NCBI GenBank assembly: GCA_963827235.1
Contig: CAWHAE010000016.1
Span: 928,001 to 992,000, forward strand
Source: an uncultured bacterium
Lineage (GTDB): Bacteria > Chloroflexota > UBA5177 > JANWHV01
Reading direction: 5' to 3'
DNA: 64,000 bases
In this document: positions 1 to 10,620 of the stretch, in pieces
Layout of the letters: each line of letters begins with the position of its first letter
Numbering within the stretch: the stretch's first letter is position 1
Translations under genes and position numbers: made by a program
The notes under the pieces: model-generated
The model's input: only the letters and a program-made list of their open reading frames with translations
Told to the model about the DNA's origin: nothing
The model's database searches: none

Positions 1-1188
1 CGCCATGAGCGGCGACGTGGAGCGCGGGTAGGTGATGCGCCGCTGGTAGAGATGCTTATCGACGGCCGTGATCTGTGCCGGCTCTGTTGAAGATGCAGGC
101 CAGGGGATATTGCTGGCGATGCCATCGCCGATCTGCACGCCGTCGAATGCCGCCGCGTGGCCGGCAACATAGCGGGTGGTCGCCAGCAGCAGATTGCGAT
201 AGATACTCTGCTCGTCATACTTGTATACGATGCGTCCATAGTAGTCATTGACGAACAAAAAGTGCGGGCTCTCGCTGAGCTCGTTCCATATCTCAAGGTC
301 AAAGCCCTTGTCCTTGCTCGTGGCGGTACCGAGTACGTTCGTCATGAAGCTCACGACAGTGCGGACGTAGTGAAGCCAGCCAGACATCGTTCGATTGTAG
401 TCCGCGCTGCCAGGCACTGAAAACGGTCGATACTTCAGCGTCGTCACCCTCAGAGCACTGCCCTCAGGAATCGCCGCTTTGAGCGGCTTGGCAAGCACGA
501 TCGCATGGGACGACACTCTTGTGATCAGGTTTCCAGCGCCAAAGGGCGGCCATGATGTGTTCAACGTCGGCGGATAGGGAGCTGCGGCATAGGGACCGTC
601 ACGTCCCGGAAGTCTCTCGTCTGGGGTATCCAGGCCGCTATAGCCCGCTTCAATACCCGTCGTGTCTACCAGGCTGATCGTGGTGTCACCCGCGTGGGCC
701 CCCCGCGTGAGCGTCGACGTCGTGTAGCGTACCGGGCACGGCTGAGACTGATACGAGTAAAGCATGATCAGCGGGCGCAATCCATTGGCCTTGGCCGCCA
801 GGAGCATGTGGGTCAGCGTGTTGGCGGAAGCTAAATGCTGTTCCTGCCAATCGAGGTCCCCCCACGGAATGAGTATCCGGGCGTGCCGGATGCCGTGAGT
901 TCCCAACATCTTGAGCAGGAGATTCTGGTTCGACTGATCCTCGGTATCGAGATAGATGCCCAAGCCGTCGATGAACGTGGTGGCCGGCACGGTTTCGAGA
1001 TAGCCACGCCAAGGCTGAGCCCATTGTGAAGAGGCTCCGAACGGGACACTGGTCAGCTGCGCGGGATCGACGTACGGCGTGGGCTTGATGGAAGCACTAC
1101 GCGCGAGTGCCGTCGTCAATAGACACGAGACAAAGGCGGCCGCCAGAAGACGCACGGTCCATCTCTTGATCCCCGATGTGATCGACAT
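1..1188 (-). CDS. Secreted glycoside-hydrolase-like (clan GH-A TIM barrel) protein; 3' end runs off the window
   Basis: Absent from the ORF track (no stop in window); translated by hand. ATG at 1188 with GGAGAGG RBS, signal peptide (KRWTVRLLAAAFVSCLLTTALARS), RHARILIPW, and LEIWNE acid/base-like motif; open frame to base 1. Confidence 0.75.
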   Translation of the reverse strand, partial: MSITSGIKRWTVRLLAAAFVSCLLTTALARSASIKPTPYVDPAQLTSVPFGASSQWAQPWRGYLETVPATTFIDGLGIYLDTEDQSNQNLLLKMLGTHGIRHARILIPWGDLDWQEQHLASANTLTHMLLAAKANGLRPLIMLYSYQSQPCPVRYTTSTLTRGAHAGDTTISLVDTTGIEAGYSGLDTPDERLPGRDGPYAAAPYPPTLNTSWPPFGAGNLITRVSSHAIVLAKPLKAAIPEGSALRVTTLKYRPFSVPGSADYNRTMSGWLHYVRTVVSFMTNVLGTATSKDKGFDLEIWNELSESPHFLFVNDYYGRIVYKYDEQSIYRNLLLATTRYVAGHAAAFDGVQIGDGIASNIPWPASSTEPAQITAVDKHLYQRRITYPRSTSPLMA

Positions 1189-1558
1189 GGTGCAAACCTC
1201 TCCAAGAGCATCGCAGTTCCTATTCTACACACCGAGCGCAACCGTGGGGTGTACGTACAACACAGCCGGCGTTGCGCCCAGCGATTGCGGGCAACACGGA
1301 TCATGGGTGATCCCGGAGGTCCACGATTCTCGAAGACGTCGCGCTGTAGTGGACCCGGCAGTCTCTCAGCACCATATCGGCACACGCTGGGTTGGCAAGA
1401 GCATCAAGGCCGTTGAGTCAGCGGAGGTGGCGGAGATCTGCATCACGACTTGGTGTTCCTTGGCCGAATTGGCTAGTGACCCGCCGGTGCAGCATGCTAC
1501 TATGTCTCTCAGTCAACGGTGTCGATGCTGGAGGAGGTCGGGTCTGCGGCACGAAGCG

Positions 1559-3631
1559 ATGGCATATCCTCCGGTCCCACCACCTGCGTCGAAGGATCAG
1601 TTCGAGTCGCGGCCCGGTCCTGCTGGGCGCCGGCACCGGCTACGCTGCCTGGGCTTGATCCTCCTGGTCTTTCTGGCGGCAGTGTGCGGCGCCGTCTGGT
1701 CATTGTGGCCGGCCTACAATGCGGCGCGAGATGCTCAACAGCAGGCAAGTGCTGTAGACCGGGCGTACACCGCGCTGTCGGGTCGCAGCGCTTCGGTCGC
1801 CGATCTGACCGCCCTGGACAGCCATGATGTGCAGCTTCTGAATGACATGCACACGCTTCAGAATGCCTGGGCCAGATGGCGAGGCGTAGGCCTGATGCTA
1901 AGCCAAGTGGATCCCTCACTGCACCGGCAGCTGGTCCAGGTGGATCCTCTGCTGGACTACGGGACGCACGTCGCGCAGGCAGTGCATCTTGCCCGACAGC
2001 CGCTCGAGCCGGTAGTCGCCACGGAATCGGGCGGGCGCCACTTCGACGGTCCCACGCTCGTTTCCGACCTCGCTTCGTCACGGTCAAGCATGCGCCGGGC
2101 GACGCAGCTGATTTCTGAGGCCTTGCAGGCGCGCAAGAGCATCGTGATGAAGGACTTGCCTGGCTGGGCTCAAAGGGACATTGCTCGCCTTGATCCTCTG
2201 CTCTCGAAGGCGCCGGACGATCTGCGGGCGGCGACGGCGCTTCCCGCGGCTTTGGGCTCGGACGGCGTTCGCAACTACCTGGTCATACCTCAGAACAGCC
2301 ACGACTTGCGGGCCACTGGGGGCTTCATCGGTACCGTCGCGATCCTTCAGCTCGATCACGGTCATGCCAAGCTCATCAAGTTGCAGGATTCATATGCGGT
2401 AGATAAGGGCCACCGTCCGGATGTAGACCAGCCGGCACCGCTGTTTGCGCACGGCTGGATTCCCTGGTACTTCCGCGATGCCAACTGGTCCGCCGACTTT
2501 CCCACGACTGCGAAGCTTCTGGAAGCGTTCTATCAGCTTGGCACGCAACAACGCGTCGATGGCGTGATTGCCTTCGATGACCAGCTTCTGCCGGGGTTGT
2601 TTGACGCGCTGGGACCCATTCATGTTCCGGGCTATAAGGAGACGCTGACTGCCGCCAACGCCTTCCAGCGACTGGACTATCAGGTCAACGCCGTGGGCAA
2701 GGGCGACAAGGCATTTGCCCTGGCTGCTTACAAGGCCGTGTTTGCCAAGTTGCTCGCGTTGCCGAAAGGCAGTGTCAGGGCTGTGCTCGACGACATTCGG
2801 ACGGGTATTAGTCAGCATCATATTGAGCTGTATGCCAACGACGCATCCGTGGACGACGCAATCTCCATCGCCAAAGCCGACGGCGCTATCGACCAGACGA
2901 GAGGTGACTACTTCTACCTGGTGGACACCAACACGAGCACGTTCAAGATCGCGCAGCTCATTGATCGCTCGATTACCTATGCGGCCGTGATTCAGCCCGA
3001 CCGCAGCGTTCTCGCCACGCTTACGATTCACTACACCAACCACGCGGACGCGGCGCACGTGTCCCCTCTCGAAGCTGGATCGAGATTCACAAGCATCGTG
3101 CGCGTTTTTGTTCCACTCGGAAGCACACTACTAGGGACAAGAGGCTTCGACCAGGCATGGCCGACCTTCACCGTCCATAACAAGACGCAGTTCACTGGCT
3201 ACTTCGGCATCAACGCTCAAAGCACGCACGACGTTGTGCTGCACTATCGCATTCCGGCAAACGCGGATCCCGGAGACAGTTACCACCTCACTATCCAAAA
3301 ACAGGCTGGAGTGGGCCCTGTTCCAGTGCGACTCGCCATATCGGCCGCTTCCGGCGTGCGACTCCATGCCGCCTCGCTGCCCGCGAAAGTGTTACTTGAC
3401 CAGGACGTGTCCCTTGTGACCTCGTTGACGGGCGGCACTCCGCATCTGCTGAAGCTGGTCTACTTATCTGAGCCGGCGGTCACCCCAGGATCGCACCCGG
3501 AACCGTGGGTCACCGTACCCGACGGGTGGGTGGGCTTGCCAGACTGGGCCGCCGTGCGTACCGGGACAGGCTGGTGTGTCTGGGGCACGCACAAGGTGTG
3601 CCACGCCACAGTCGTTGTCCATAAGTCGTGA
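1559..3631 (+). CDS. DUF4012 domain membrane-anchored protein
   Basis: N-terminal TM (LGLILLVFLAAVCGAVWSLW), helical region, YLVIPQNSHDLRATGGFIG, FRDANWSADFP, VDGVIAFD motifs. Start moved to ATG 1559 to avoid overlap with the divergent gene. Confidence 0.8.
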   Translation: MAYPPVPPPASKDQFESRPGPAGRRHRLRCLGLILLVFLAAVCGAVWSLWPAYNAARDAQQQASAVDRAYTALSGRSASVADLTALDSHDVQLLNDMHTLQNAWARWRGVGLMLSQVDPSLHRQLVQVDPLLDYGTHVAQAVHLARQPLEPVVATESGGRHFDGPTLVSDLASSRSSMRRATQLISEALQARKSIVMKDLPGWAQRDIARLDPLLSKAPDDLRAATALPAALGSDGVRNYLVIPQNSHDLRATGGFIGTVAILQLDHGHAKLIKLQDSYAVDKGHRPDVDQPAPLFAHGWIPWYFRDANWSADFPTTAKLLEAFYQLGTQQRVDGVIAFDDQLLPGLFDALGPIHVPGYKETLTAANAFQRLDYQVNAVGKGDKAFALAAYKAVFAKLLALPKGSVRAVLDDIRTGISQHHIELYANDASVDDAISIAKADGAIDQTRGDYFYLVDTNTSTFKIAQLIDRSITYAAVIQPDRSVLATLTIHYTNHADAAHVSPLEAGSRFTSIVRVFVPLGSTLLGTRGFDQAWPTFTVHNKTQFTGYFGINAQSTHDVVLHYRIPANADPGDSYHLTIQKQAGVGPVPVRLAISAASGVRLHAASLPAKVLLDQDVSLVTSLTGGTPHLLKLVYLSEPAVTPGSHPEPWVTVPDGWVGLPDWAAVRTGTGWCVWGTHKVCHATVVVHKS

Positions 3632-3671
3632 CTGATTCACCCATCTGGTAAGCAAGGGGACTGACCCTCGC

Positions 3672-5670
3672 TCACTGAGCGTTGCGGACGAGGAGCAGGG
3701 CGTCCTGAGCGGGGATGGTGACGGAGGTGGCGGCGGCACCGCTGTTGGTGGAGGAGTCCTGTGTACCGGCGATGCGATGGAAGCTGGCGCCGAGGCTGAC
3801 GTTCTGGGCGCTGCTGGTGGCATTGAGGAGAACGGTGCCGTTGGTGAAGTCGCGGCGAAGGAAGTTGGTGGCCAGGGTGGTAGCGGCGCCGAGGGGCTGA
3901 CCGAGCCAGCCCTGACCAGCGCTGATCTGCGCTTGGGTCATGACCTTGCTCAGGGCGAGATGGGTGGCGGCGGTGGTACCGTTGTAGCCGCGCTGCACGG
4001 TGAGGGTATCGCCGCTGACGGCGGTGACGAGCATCTGCTCATCGTCCCAGCCGGTAGTGCCGTCGGGAACCTGGACGACGTTGCCGACAGCGAACTTGCT
4101 GCCGGTGCCGGCGGCGACGGTCAGGGTGGACGGGGAGGCACTGATGGCGGCAGGTAGGCTGCTGCCGGCACCGTCGTCATACTCGTCGTACCACCAGGTC
4201 TGGCCGTGCATCTGGTCGCCATAGTCGTAGGCGTAGTAGCCGTTGCCCATGAGAGCGATGCCGAGGTTGAAGCGCATCGTCTGCAGGTCCTGGGTGCCGG
4301 TATTGCCGGTATCCGGATTGGCAATGGTGTAGGGCTCTGAGCTGGATGGTCCGGCAAGACTCTGGTACAGGGCAAGGCCGGCCACGGCACCCCCCTGGCG
4401 GCCGGGGAAGGCCTCAAGCTCCTCGCCGCTGCTCGCGCCGGGGTAGTTGTCGCCGTTGCCGACAAGTATGGCGCTGCCGATGCGGGCGCGAGTGTTGCTG
4501 AAGAGGGAAGTCTCGCCCGTGGCCCAGCCGGTGCCGGAGGGCCCTTCACCACCATCGGCGACGTTATCGTTGTTGGCGTCCAGCTGGCCGTCGTCGAGGA
4601 AGGCCCAGCCGCTCGAGCCGACGCTGTCGAAGAAGATGCCGTCCCACGGCCCGGAGGAGAGCTGAGCCGCGGCGGTGGTGGCGAGGTAGGACTCCCAGGT
4701 ATTCCCTGCGGAGTCGGTGGGACAGTATGGGGTAATGTTGAGCATCCAGGAGCCGGGCCAGCCGGTGGCGTGCGCGGCGAGACGAGCTCCGGTGGCATGA
4801 GATGTGGCGGTGGAGTTGTAGCCGCGCTGGACGGTGAGCGTATTGCCGCTGACGGCGGTGACGTGCATGCTCTCGCCGTCGACCAGGATGTCGGGGTTGG
4901 AGGAGAGGTAGTTGGCGATGATGCTGCCGTTGGCCACGGAGACGGAGGTGCTGGAGGTGTCCAGCGGTGCGGTAAGCGTAGTACCGGCGAGTGTGAGCCA
5001 CCAGCCCGGATAGATGGTCAAGCCGTCGAAGCCGGGGACGTCGACGCTGGTGCTCTCGTAGTAGACGAGGGCCTTGGTCGCCGGGCTCTGCACCTTCAAG
5101 CTTTGCAGGGCGCCGCTGGAGGCAGTGGATGGCCCTGCGACGATCAGTCCGTAGCGCGAGAAGGCGGGCGCTTGCCCGCTGGAGGAATAGGCGAACAGGT
5201 TGGCGATACGAGGATAGGCCTGGACACCACCGGGCACGACGGTCGGTACGGCGGTCGCGGTGGATGACGCTCGTCTTCGTGGCCGTCGCGGTGGACGCCA
5301 CGCTCGTCTTGGCGGCAGTGGCAGTGGACGTCACGGCCGTATTCGTTGCGGTCGCGCTCGTCTTGGTGGCCGTAGCTGAGGGTGGATCAATAGTGCTCGT
5401 GGCGGTCGGCGGTACTGGAGTTCTCCTGCGTCTGGCGGCAGGCTGAATAGCGGCGGCCGCGGCAGGCGTTGGTGTGTCCGTCACCAGGGCGGTCGACGCC
5501 GTCACCGGGCCGGCCGGACGCACACTGGTGCTCGTTGCAACGGCCGGCATCGGCACCGCTGCTTCGGTGGAGGCGACCGACGCTCGCGCACGAATCGAAT
5601 GGACGTGGGACGGCGTAAGATAGCTGGCGGCCAGCATCAACACAGCAAGTACTGCAACCAAGCTTCGCAT
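3672..5670 (-). pseudogene. Secreted putative glycoside hydrolase (GHL15-like) with Thr/Ala linker, frameshifted at ~5265
   Basis: Signal peptide and T/A-rich linker in ORF 4564..5670 join ORF 3672..5237 (WDGIFFD, LDANNDNVADG, MRFNLGIALMGNGYYAYD, WWYDEY, RRDFTNGTVLLN) across ...AGC GTC A TCC ACC GCG.... Could be a sequencing error. Confidence 0.7.
5240..5400 (-). repeat. Imperfect 33-nt (11-aa, STATATKTSVA-like) tandem repeat in the linker
   Basis: Recurring cgctcgtctt(g/c)g(t/c)ggc units; the last unit is 2 nt short. Confidence 0.6.
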
Positions 5671-6294
5671 GTGCTCGCACTCCTCGGCAGCCCGGCTAAC
5701 GTGCTCATCAGGTCCCGTCGCTCCGTGTCACCGCCTTGCGGCGGGATCACCTTCTTCGTGGAACGAGGCGACTTTCTGCGAACTGATCCTTGCCAGGCAA
5801 AGCCCCGCGTACCGGAAGATACGCTAGCGTTGCTCCACGAAGGCATGGAACGATTGTCGTGGCCGTATCACCCGGGGTGACACAGTCGGAAGTGGGTGGC
5901 CAATCTCGGCCGCCTAGGGCGAATCACTACGACAGGCGCCGATGGCGGCCGGTGCAATGCCCAGCCTGGCAAAGCCCGAGGAATAGTGTGTAGTCGCATT
6001 CACCGCTCAGCTCCCCTCGTTGTACAGACCAAACACCCATTGACTCGCCAGTCTAGGGAAGTGCGCCATCGATGACAAGATCCGAATGGATAGTGCTCAA
6101 CAAACTATCGGAAGGCGCCCCGCGCGGATCGACTGGGCAGGGCCCTGGACCCAGCACGAGATTGAGTCCAGCTGAAACTCGTACGCGCTTCAATAGGATA
6201 TCTAAGCAATTCGCGGGAGCAATGCGGAGTGGTACAAGCAGAGAGGAGGAACCGGATTCGAGCTTGTTAGCGCGTCCGTCGTGGCACCAGGCCA

Positions 6295-7398
6295 TCAGAA
6301 CAGCATGCGACTGGTCGGGTCCCAAGCGGTGGACCGCCAATCCTCGGTCACCTCTTCAGGCGGCAACCATGAAGGGAGCGGCAGCGCCAGATGACGGGAC
6401 AGTGCAAGCAGATACGGTTCATAGCTCTCACGGATCGCGCGCAACTGCCGAGCCATGGCCTCCTCCGCGGCTACCGCGGCGCCGAGCGCCGCCAAGCCGT
6501 CGCACACGAGCTTCAGCTGTTGCGCCGTGAGGCGTTCATCGTCTGTCGCGCGCGGTGGCGCGCGCAGCACCTGTGCCAGGTCGACGGCGAAGTGCCGGCC
6601 GATGGCATACGTCAGCTTGACAGGCCGATGATGCAGATCCGGTAACCCAGCGACGATCAGCGCGCAGGTATCCAGAATAGTAGTTAGCGCTGCTAGCCAG
6701 CTTTGATTATCGTGTTGTGAGCGGAAGTACGAGAGCATCGGGTAGGTAAGATGGCTCTCCATCAGGTCCGCCGCCCAGGCTTCCCAGTTCTTTATGTAGT
6801 CGATCAGTCCATCCCAGTCGTCGTCGATCCCGTAGCGGCGGATCAGCTCGCTGGCACTCGGTGGCGACCCGGCGCGGGCATCCAGCAGCGAGACCGCCAA
6901 CTCCCGGCGAGCAAACGCCTGATACAGCGCCGGCAGATAGCCTATCACCAGCGCCAGCACAGCAAAGCCGCCGGCCGCTTCCAGCATGGCAAGGGGCCGT
7001 GCCAGGCCGCCCCGCGGCACGATATCTCCGAGCCCGAGCGTGAGGAATGTGCTGGCGCTGAAGTACAGGTCGTCGCCAAGGCTGAGGCGCGTTTGGGCAC
7101 CGTAGCGCAGATATGACCCGGCTGCCCACTGTAGAAGCGCGAAGCCTATGACGAGGCCGAGAACCCAGACGGTCAGCAGCATCAGCAGAGCTAGCGGGCC
7201 GAACACGCCGAGTATGCCCTCACGCCGTCCCGGGAAAAGCCTGGCCAGTTCTTGCCAGGGGCGCCAGCCCGCGGTGTAGAGGAGGCGCGTCACACGCAGT
7301 CGACGTGTCACACGGCGTGGTAGCACGATGGTCTCGAAAATCTCGACCAATGTGCCGGCGATGAGTACGACACCAAGGAATCCGGCCAGGAGGTGCAT
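6295..7398 (-). CDS. Potassium channel family protein (Ion_trans_2 pore domain)
   Basis: TM helices around LYFSASTFLTLGLGDIVP pore helix/filter; C-terminal ESHLTYPMLSYFRSQH domain. Confidence 0.8.
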   Translation of the reverse strand: MHLLAGFLGVVLIAGTLVEIFETIVLPRRVTRRLRVTRLLYTAGWRPWQELARLFPGRREGILGVFGPLALLMLLTVWVLGLVIGFALLQWAAGSYLRYGAQTRLSLGDDLYFSASTFLTLGLGDIVPRGGLARPLAMLEAAGGFAVLALVIGYLPALYQAFARRELAVSLLDARAGSPPSASELIRRYGIDDDWDGLIDYIKNWEAWAADLMESHLTYPMLSYFRSQHDNQSWLAALTTILDTCALIVAGLPDLHHRPVKLTYAIGRHFAVDLAQVLRAPPRATDDERLTAQQLKLVCDGLAALGAAVAAEEAMARQLRAIRESYEPYLLALSRHLALPLPSWLPPEEVTEDWRSTAWDPTSRMLF

Positions 7399-7545
7399 GC
7401 GATGCGTTCCAAAGGAATACAGGGTGAGGGATCGCTTGTGCCAACATGCAGTTGGCTCAGATGGAGGGCACGCTCCCATTCACAGGCGAGCGCGTTTGCC
7501 GCGTTGCCTGCTGTGCAACGTACGTCTGGTCCGACAGCACCGACA

Positions 7546-8025
7546 TCAGTCGGCTACAGCGGGTAGGTCCTGGTTCGGGTCAACTGGTGCGGCCTCATCG
7601 TATACGTCGGACATGGTCCCGCGAAGGCCGGCAAAGGCTGCTTCCAGCCGCTGCTCCATATGGCGCGCCGCGGCGCCATCGAGCAGCCCTTGATGCTCGG
7701 CACTGGCGAGAACATGCGCTACCACCCGGTTGAAGGATTCTTTCGTCGCGTGCCTGACGTCTCCCACGTGACGGAGGACAACTGCCAGGAAGTCATCGTA
7801 CGTGCGCGCGGATGCCACCTCCCGGGCGTGTAACTGCGAGACCTCTGCAAGATCGTCGAGCAGCCGCTGCCGCACCTTGTAACGAGGCTCAGGGAGACGC
7901 TCGACCAACGCGATCGTGCGACCAGGCGCCTCCCTGGACAGGAGGCCGTTGATGAGCTCCTCCTTGGTAGTCGGGAACCTCACGGTCGCCAGGAATGCTT
8001 CGACTTCCCGCTGCGTATCAGCCAT
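7546..8025 (-). CDS. DUF2795-like domain protein
   Basis: FLATVRFPTTKEELI...LVERLPEPRY N-terminal pattern; GGGAGG RBS. Confidence 0.6.
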   Translation of the reverse strand: MADTQREVEAFLATVRFPTTKEELINGLLSREAPGRTIALVERLPEPRYKVRQRLLDDLAEVSQLHAREVASARTYDDFLAVVLRHVGDVRHATKESFNRVVAHVLASAEHQGLLDGAAARHMEQRLEAAFAGLRGTMSDVYDEAAPVDPNQDLPAVAD

Positions 8026-8085
8026 CCTCCCGCCCTTTCTCGTTCGTCGTTCGCTGGCTTTAGCGTGCCACACCTGGCGTTAGTG

Positions 8086-8300
8086 TCACTCCGACACCCA
8101 GACGCCACGTTCAACCGGCCCGCTCCACCAGCTCGCGACAAGCGCCGCGTACTCGTCCGCGCCATCCTGCCAGGTGACGTGTCCAGCGTCGATTATGTCG
8201 AGCTGGTTTTTGGGCAACCTCTCGTGGAAAGACTCGGCGTTGACCGACGGCACCGCCCTGTACCGTGCTCCGGAGATGATCTGCACTGGCGTCTCAATTC
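8086..8300 (-). pseudogene. C-terminal remnant of an alpha/beta hydrolase
   Basis: IETPVQIISGARYRAVPSVNAESFHERLPKNQLDIIDAGHVTWQD resembles a hydrolase C-terminus (catalytic His, GH); no N-terminal part. Confidence 0.55.
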
Positions 8301-8302
8301 GT

Positions 8303-8962
8303 TCAGTTTCCCGACGGCGAAGTAGACGGTCCGCGCACGTCCTCGGCGAGCTCGACGCTGTCCGCTTTGGTCTGGCCCATCACTTGCTCCTGTTCGGTAA
8401 CCGCGAGACTTTCCCAGGCGACGATGTCGTGCAGCCAATTCTGCACTAGGACCACGCTACTACCCTCGCCTGGCGATCCGCGCGGCACCACGGCAACCTC
8501 GGGCGCCTCAGCGAGGCTCGGATTCTCGGTCCCGTGAATGAAACCCGTCAGGTCGCGGTTCTCTTTGTACGTCCAGCCCGCGGTCTCGTCTGCGAGGATC
8601 GCGTTCGGGTCCAGGGCGGCAATGGCCGCACGAGAGGCGTCAAAGACCCTATCGTAGGCATGGCCGGCGACCCATAACCATAGGTCGCGCTGAGTTGCCG
8701 GCATCGAAGAGCCCTCTGCGCCCTGCAGATCCCGAGCGAAATCGGCTACTCCGACCGGTGCGTGGCCGGGTGCAATCTGCTGCCACAGGGAGGGGCGAAA
8801 TCCGACGACCAGGTTGACGCCGCCTGTGGTCGTCCGCGGCTCCCGGAGGTCGGCAACCGCCCGGACAAGGCCGGCAGGCGTCACGGTACCGCGGGGCGTG
8901 AACTCCAGATAGGCATGAGATCCTGTGCCCAAGGCGAAAATGCCGGACTGCGCGGTAGGCAT
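8303..8962 (-). pseudogene. Truncated Dyp-type peroxidase
   Basis: MPATQRDLWLW, RDLTGFIHGTENP (GxxDG Asp changed to His), EQEQVMGQTK. Stops before the proximal-His region. Confidence 0.8.
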
Positions 8963-9039
8963 GCAACACTCTCCAAGCGGACTTCGGTGCACGCTGCTGC
9001 CCACCAGTGTCGCGGGTCCCATGCGGAACGGACCAGTGA

Positions 9040-9235
9040 TCCGGTACAGGTCGGAGCTAGTTAGTCTATCGGGAAACACCTCCTATCCCTGGGCACGCAG
9101 GCTGAAGTACAGCAGCAAGACGCAGAAGATGTCGTAGCCGCCGCCTGCGCCGGCGATCAAGGTGCGCTCGGTGCCTGCCAGCTCGCCGAACCAGGGCAGT
9201 GACGCGAGACAGGGGTGCGCGGCGGCGGGTGGCAT
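9040..9235 (-). pseudogene. N-terminal remnant of a DUF1152-family gene
   Basis: Hand translation LPWFGELAGTERTLIAGAGGGYDIFCVLLLYFSLRAQG*EVF with in-frame TAG at 9083-9085. Confidence 0.6.
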
Positions 9236-9254
9236 GATCTGGGCTCACAGTCTG

Positions 9255-9533
9255 TCAGTGGCCGTGCACGTAATGCTGATCGTCATCTCTCCATCGCCCG
9301 GCAGAGTTCCAGTCTTGGCTCCTGGTGCGCCGGCCCCAGGGCACATATCGTCTGAAGATGAACAGCCCGCTGAACACGAACGAGGCGGCGAGGGTGAGGA
9401 GCAGGGCAACGAACGCTATCAGGCGGTGTTTCGCTGCTCGAGCCAGACGTTGTACGTTGCCTCTCTGTTGACGTATCCTCGTGCCGGGAGCTTCCAGGGA
9501 AGTCGCTGCGATAGTCATTGCGGCGTCCTGCAT
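9255..9533 (-). CDS. Small single-pass membrane hypothetical protein
   Basis: One hydrophobic segment (LIAFVALLLTLAASFVFSGLFIF) followed by basic residues; co-oriented with the hydrolase. Confidence 0.45.
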   Translation of the reverse strand: MQDAAMTIAATSLEAPGTRIRQQRGNVQRLARAAKHRLIAFVALLLTLAASFVFSGLFIFRRYVPWGRRTRSQDWNSAGRWRDDDQHYVHGH

Positions 9534-9594
9534 ACTACGTACTTCGTTCTCGTGCGTTCATGGTTGGCTTCATATGCCGCTCTCCTGCGCCTGC

Positions 9595-10620
9595 CTAGAC
9601 GTATGCTTGGAAGAAATCGAGCATGCGTTGCTCGTACCGCTGCGGTTGTGCGAAGTACGCCCCCACATGTCCCGCACCCGGCACAAGCCAGAGCTGGCTG
9701 CGATGGTCGCCCGCCTGCGTATACAGCATCTGCGATTGGCTGTGCGGGATGAGCTTGTCACTTGTGCCCGCGATGTAGAGCACCGGTGTGTGCTTCATCG
9801 TGGCCACCGCCTGAACCGGCTGGATCGTGCTCGGATCGACCCCGATCAGCAGCGGTGCTTCGTGCTCGAGCGTCCAGCTGAGCGGTCCATCGAGCGGATG
9901 CACCGCCGCCGCGATATCTGCCTGGATCGTCTCATTGAGGTTGCCGTAGGCGCTGTCCGATACCACGGCCGTGATGTCCGCCTGGTCGTCGGCTGCCGCC
10001 AGTAGTGCGGTCGCCGCGCCCATCGAATAGCTGAGCAGGCCGATCTTCGTGCTCGTACCGAGGCGTTTCTTGAGGTAGGCCACGGCTCCCAGCACGTCAT
10101 ACTGCTCCCGCGCTCCCATGGTGATCTGGCTGCCGCCGGACTCTCCCTCTGCGCGCAGGTCGAACGTCAGCACGCCATAGCCGTGCTGGTGCAGGGCTAC
10201 CGCGCTGGCGGCGTAGCCCGGCTCGGCCCACCGGTTTGCCCCGATGCCGTGCACGAAGATGATCGCCCGCCCACTGCTGCTCGACGGGATAAACCAACCC
10301 GACAGCGCTATCCCGTCCCGTTGGCTGGGAAAACGTACGTTCTCGTAGGCCAGGCCGAAGTTACTCGGGTTGCTGGCCATGGCGGCACGCGCTTGATGCG
10401 TGTATGACCAGATGAAGACGCCGGGAGCGACGACGTAGGCGACCAGCAACAGCACGATCGTGGTGAAGACTGTGAGCTTGAGCAGGTGCCTCGCGCGCGG
10501 TGCGGCGCGAAGCATTCGGATTGGTGCGGACACGGAAGCCACGCTGGGCGCGGAAGCGGGATACCCGGCGCTCGTTGAGGGCGCGAGCCGATCGCATGCT
10601 CGTGCTTCATCCGTGCTCAC
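9595..10620 (-). CDS. Membrane-anchored alpha/beta hydrolase
   Basis: N-terminal TM, FVHG, FDLRAEGESGG, SYSMG nucleophile elbow, GTSD, GAGH; AAAGGAG RBS before GTG. Confidence 0.85.
   Translation of the reverse strand: MSTDEARACDRLAPSTSAGYPASAPSVASVSAPIRMLRAAPRARHLLKLTVFTTIVLLLVAYVVAPGVFIWSYTHQARAAMASNPSNFGLAYENVRFPSQRDGIALSGWFIPSSSSGRAIIFVHGIGANRWAEPGYAASAVALHQHGYGVLTFDLRAEGESGGSQITMGAREQYDVLGAVAYLKKRLGTSTKIGLLSYSMGAATALLAAADDQADITAVVSDSAYGNLNETIQADIAAAVHPLDGPLSWTLEHEAPLLIGVDPSTIQPVQAVATMKHTPVLYIAGTSDKLIPHSQSQMLYTQAGDHRSQLWLVPGAGHVGAYFAQPQRYEQRMLDFFQAYV

Noticed and set aside
1079-1558. Long N-terminal extensions in the ORF track (also at 38384, 43250, 50551, 51771, 54708)
   Set aside because: They overlap divergent genes or promoters; downstream starts fit family length and mostly have a better RBS.
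5671-6294. ~620-bp intergenic region as an ncRNA or small gene
   Set aside because: No recognisable RNA motif, repeat or credible ORF by eye.
7015-7050. Non-canonical channel filter TLGLGD
   Set aside because: As far as I know a common variant in this prokaryotic channel family; not evidence of novelty.
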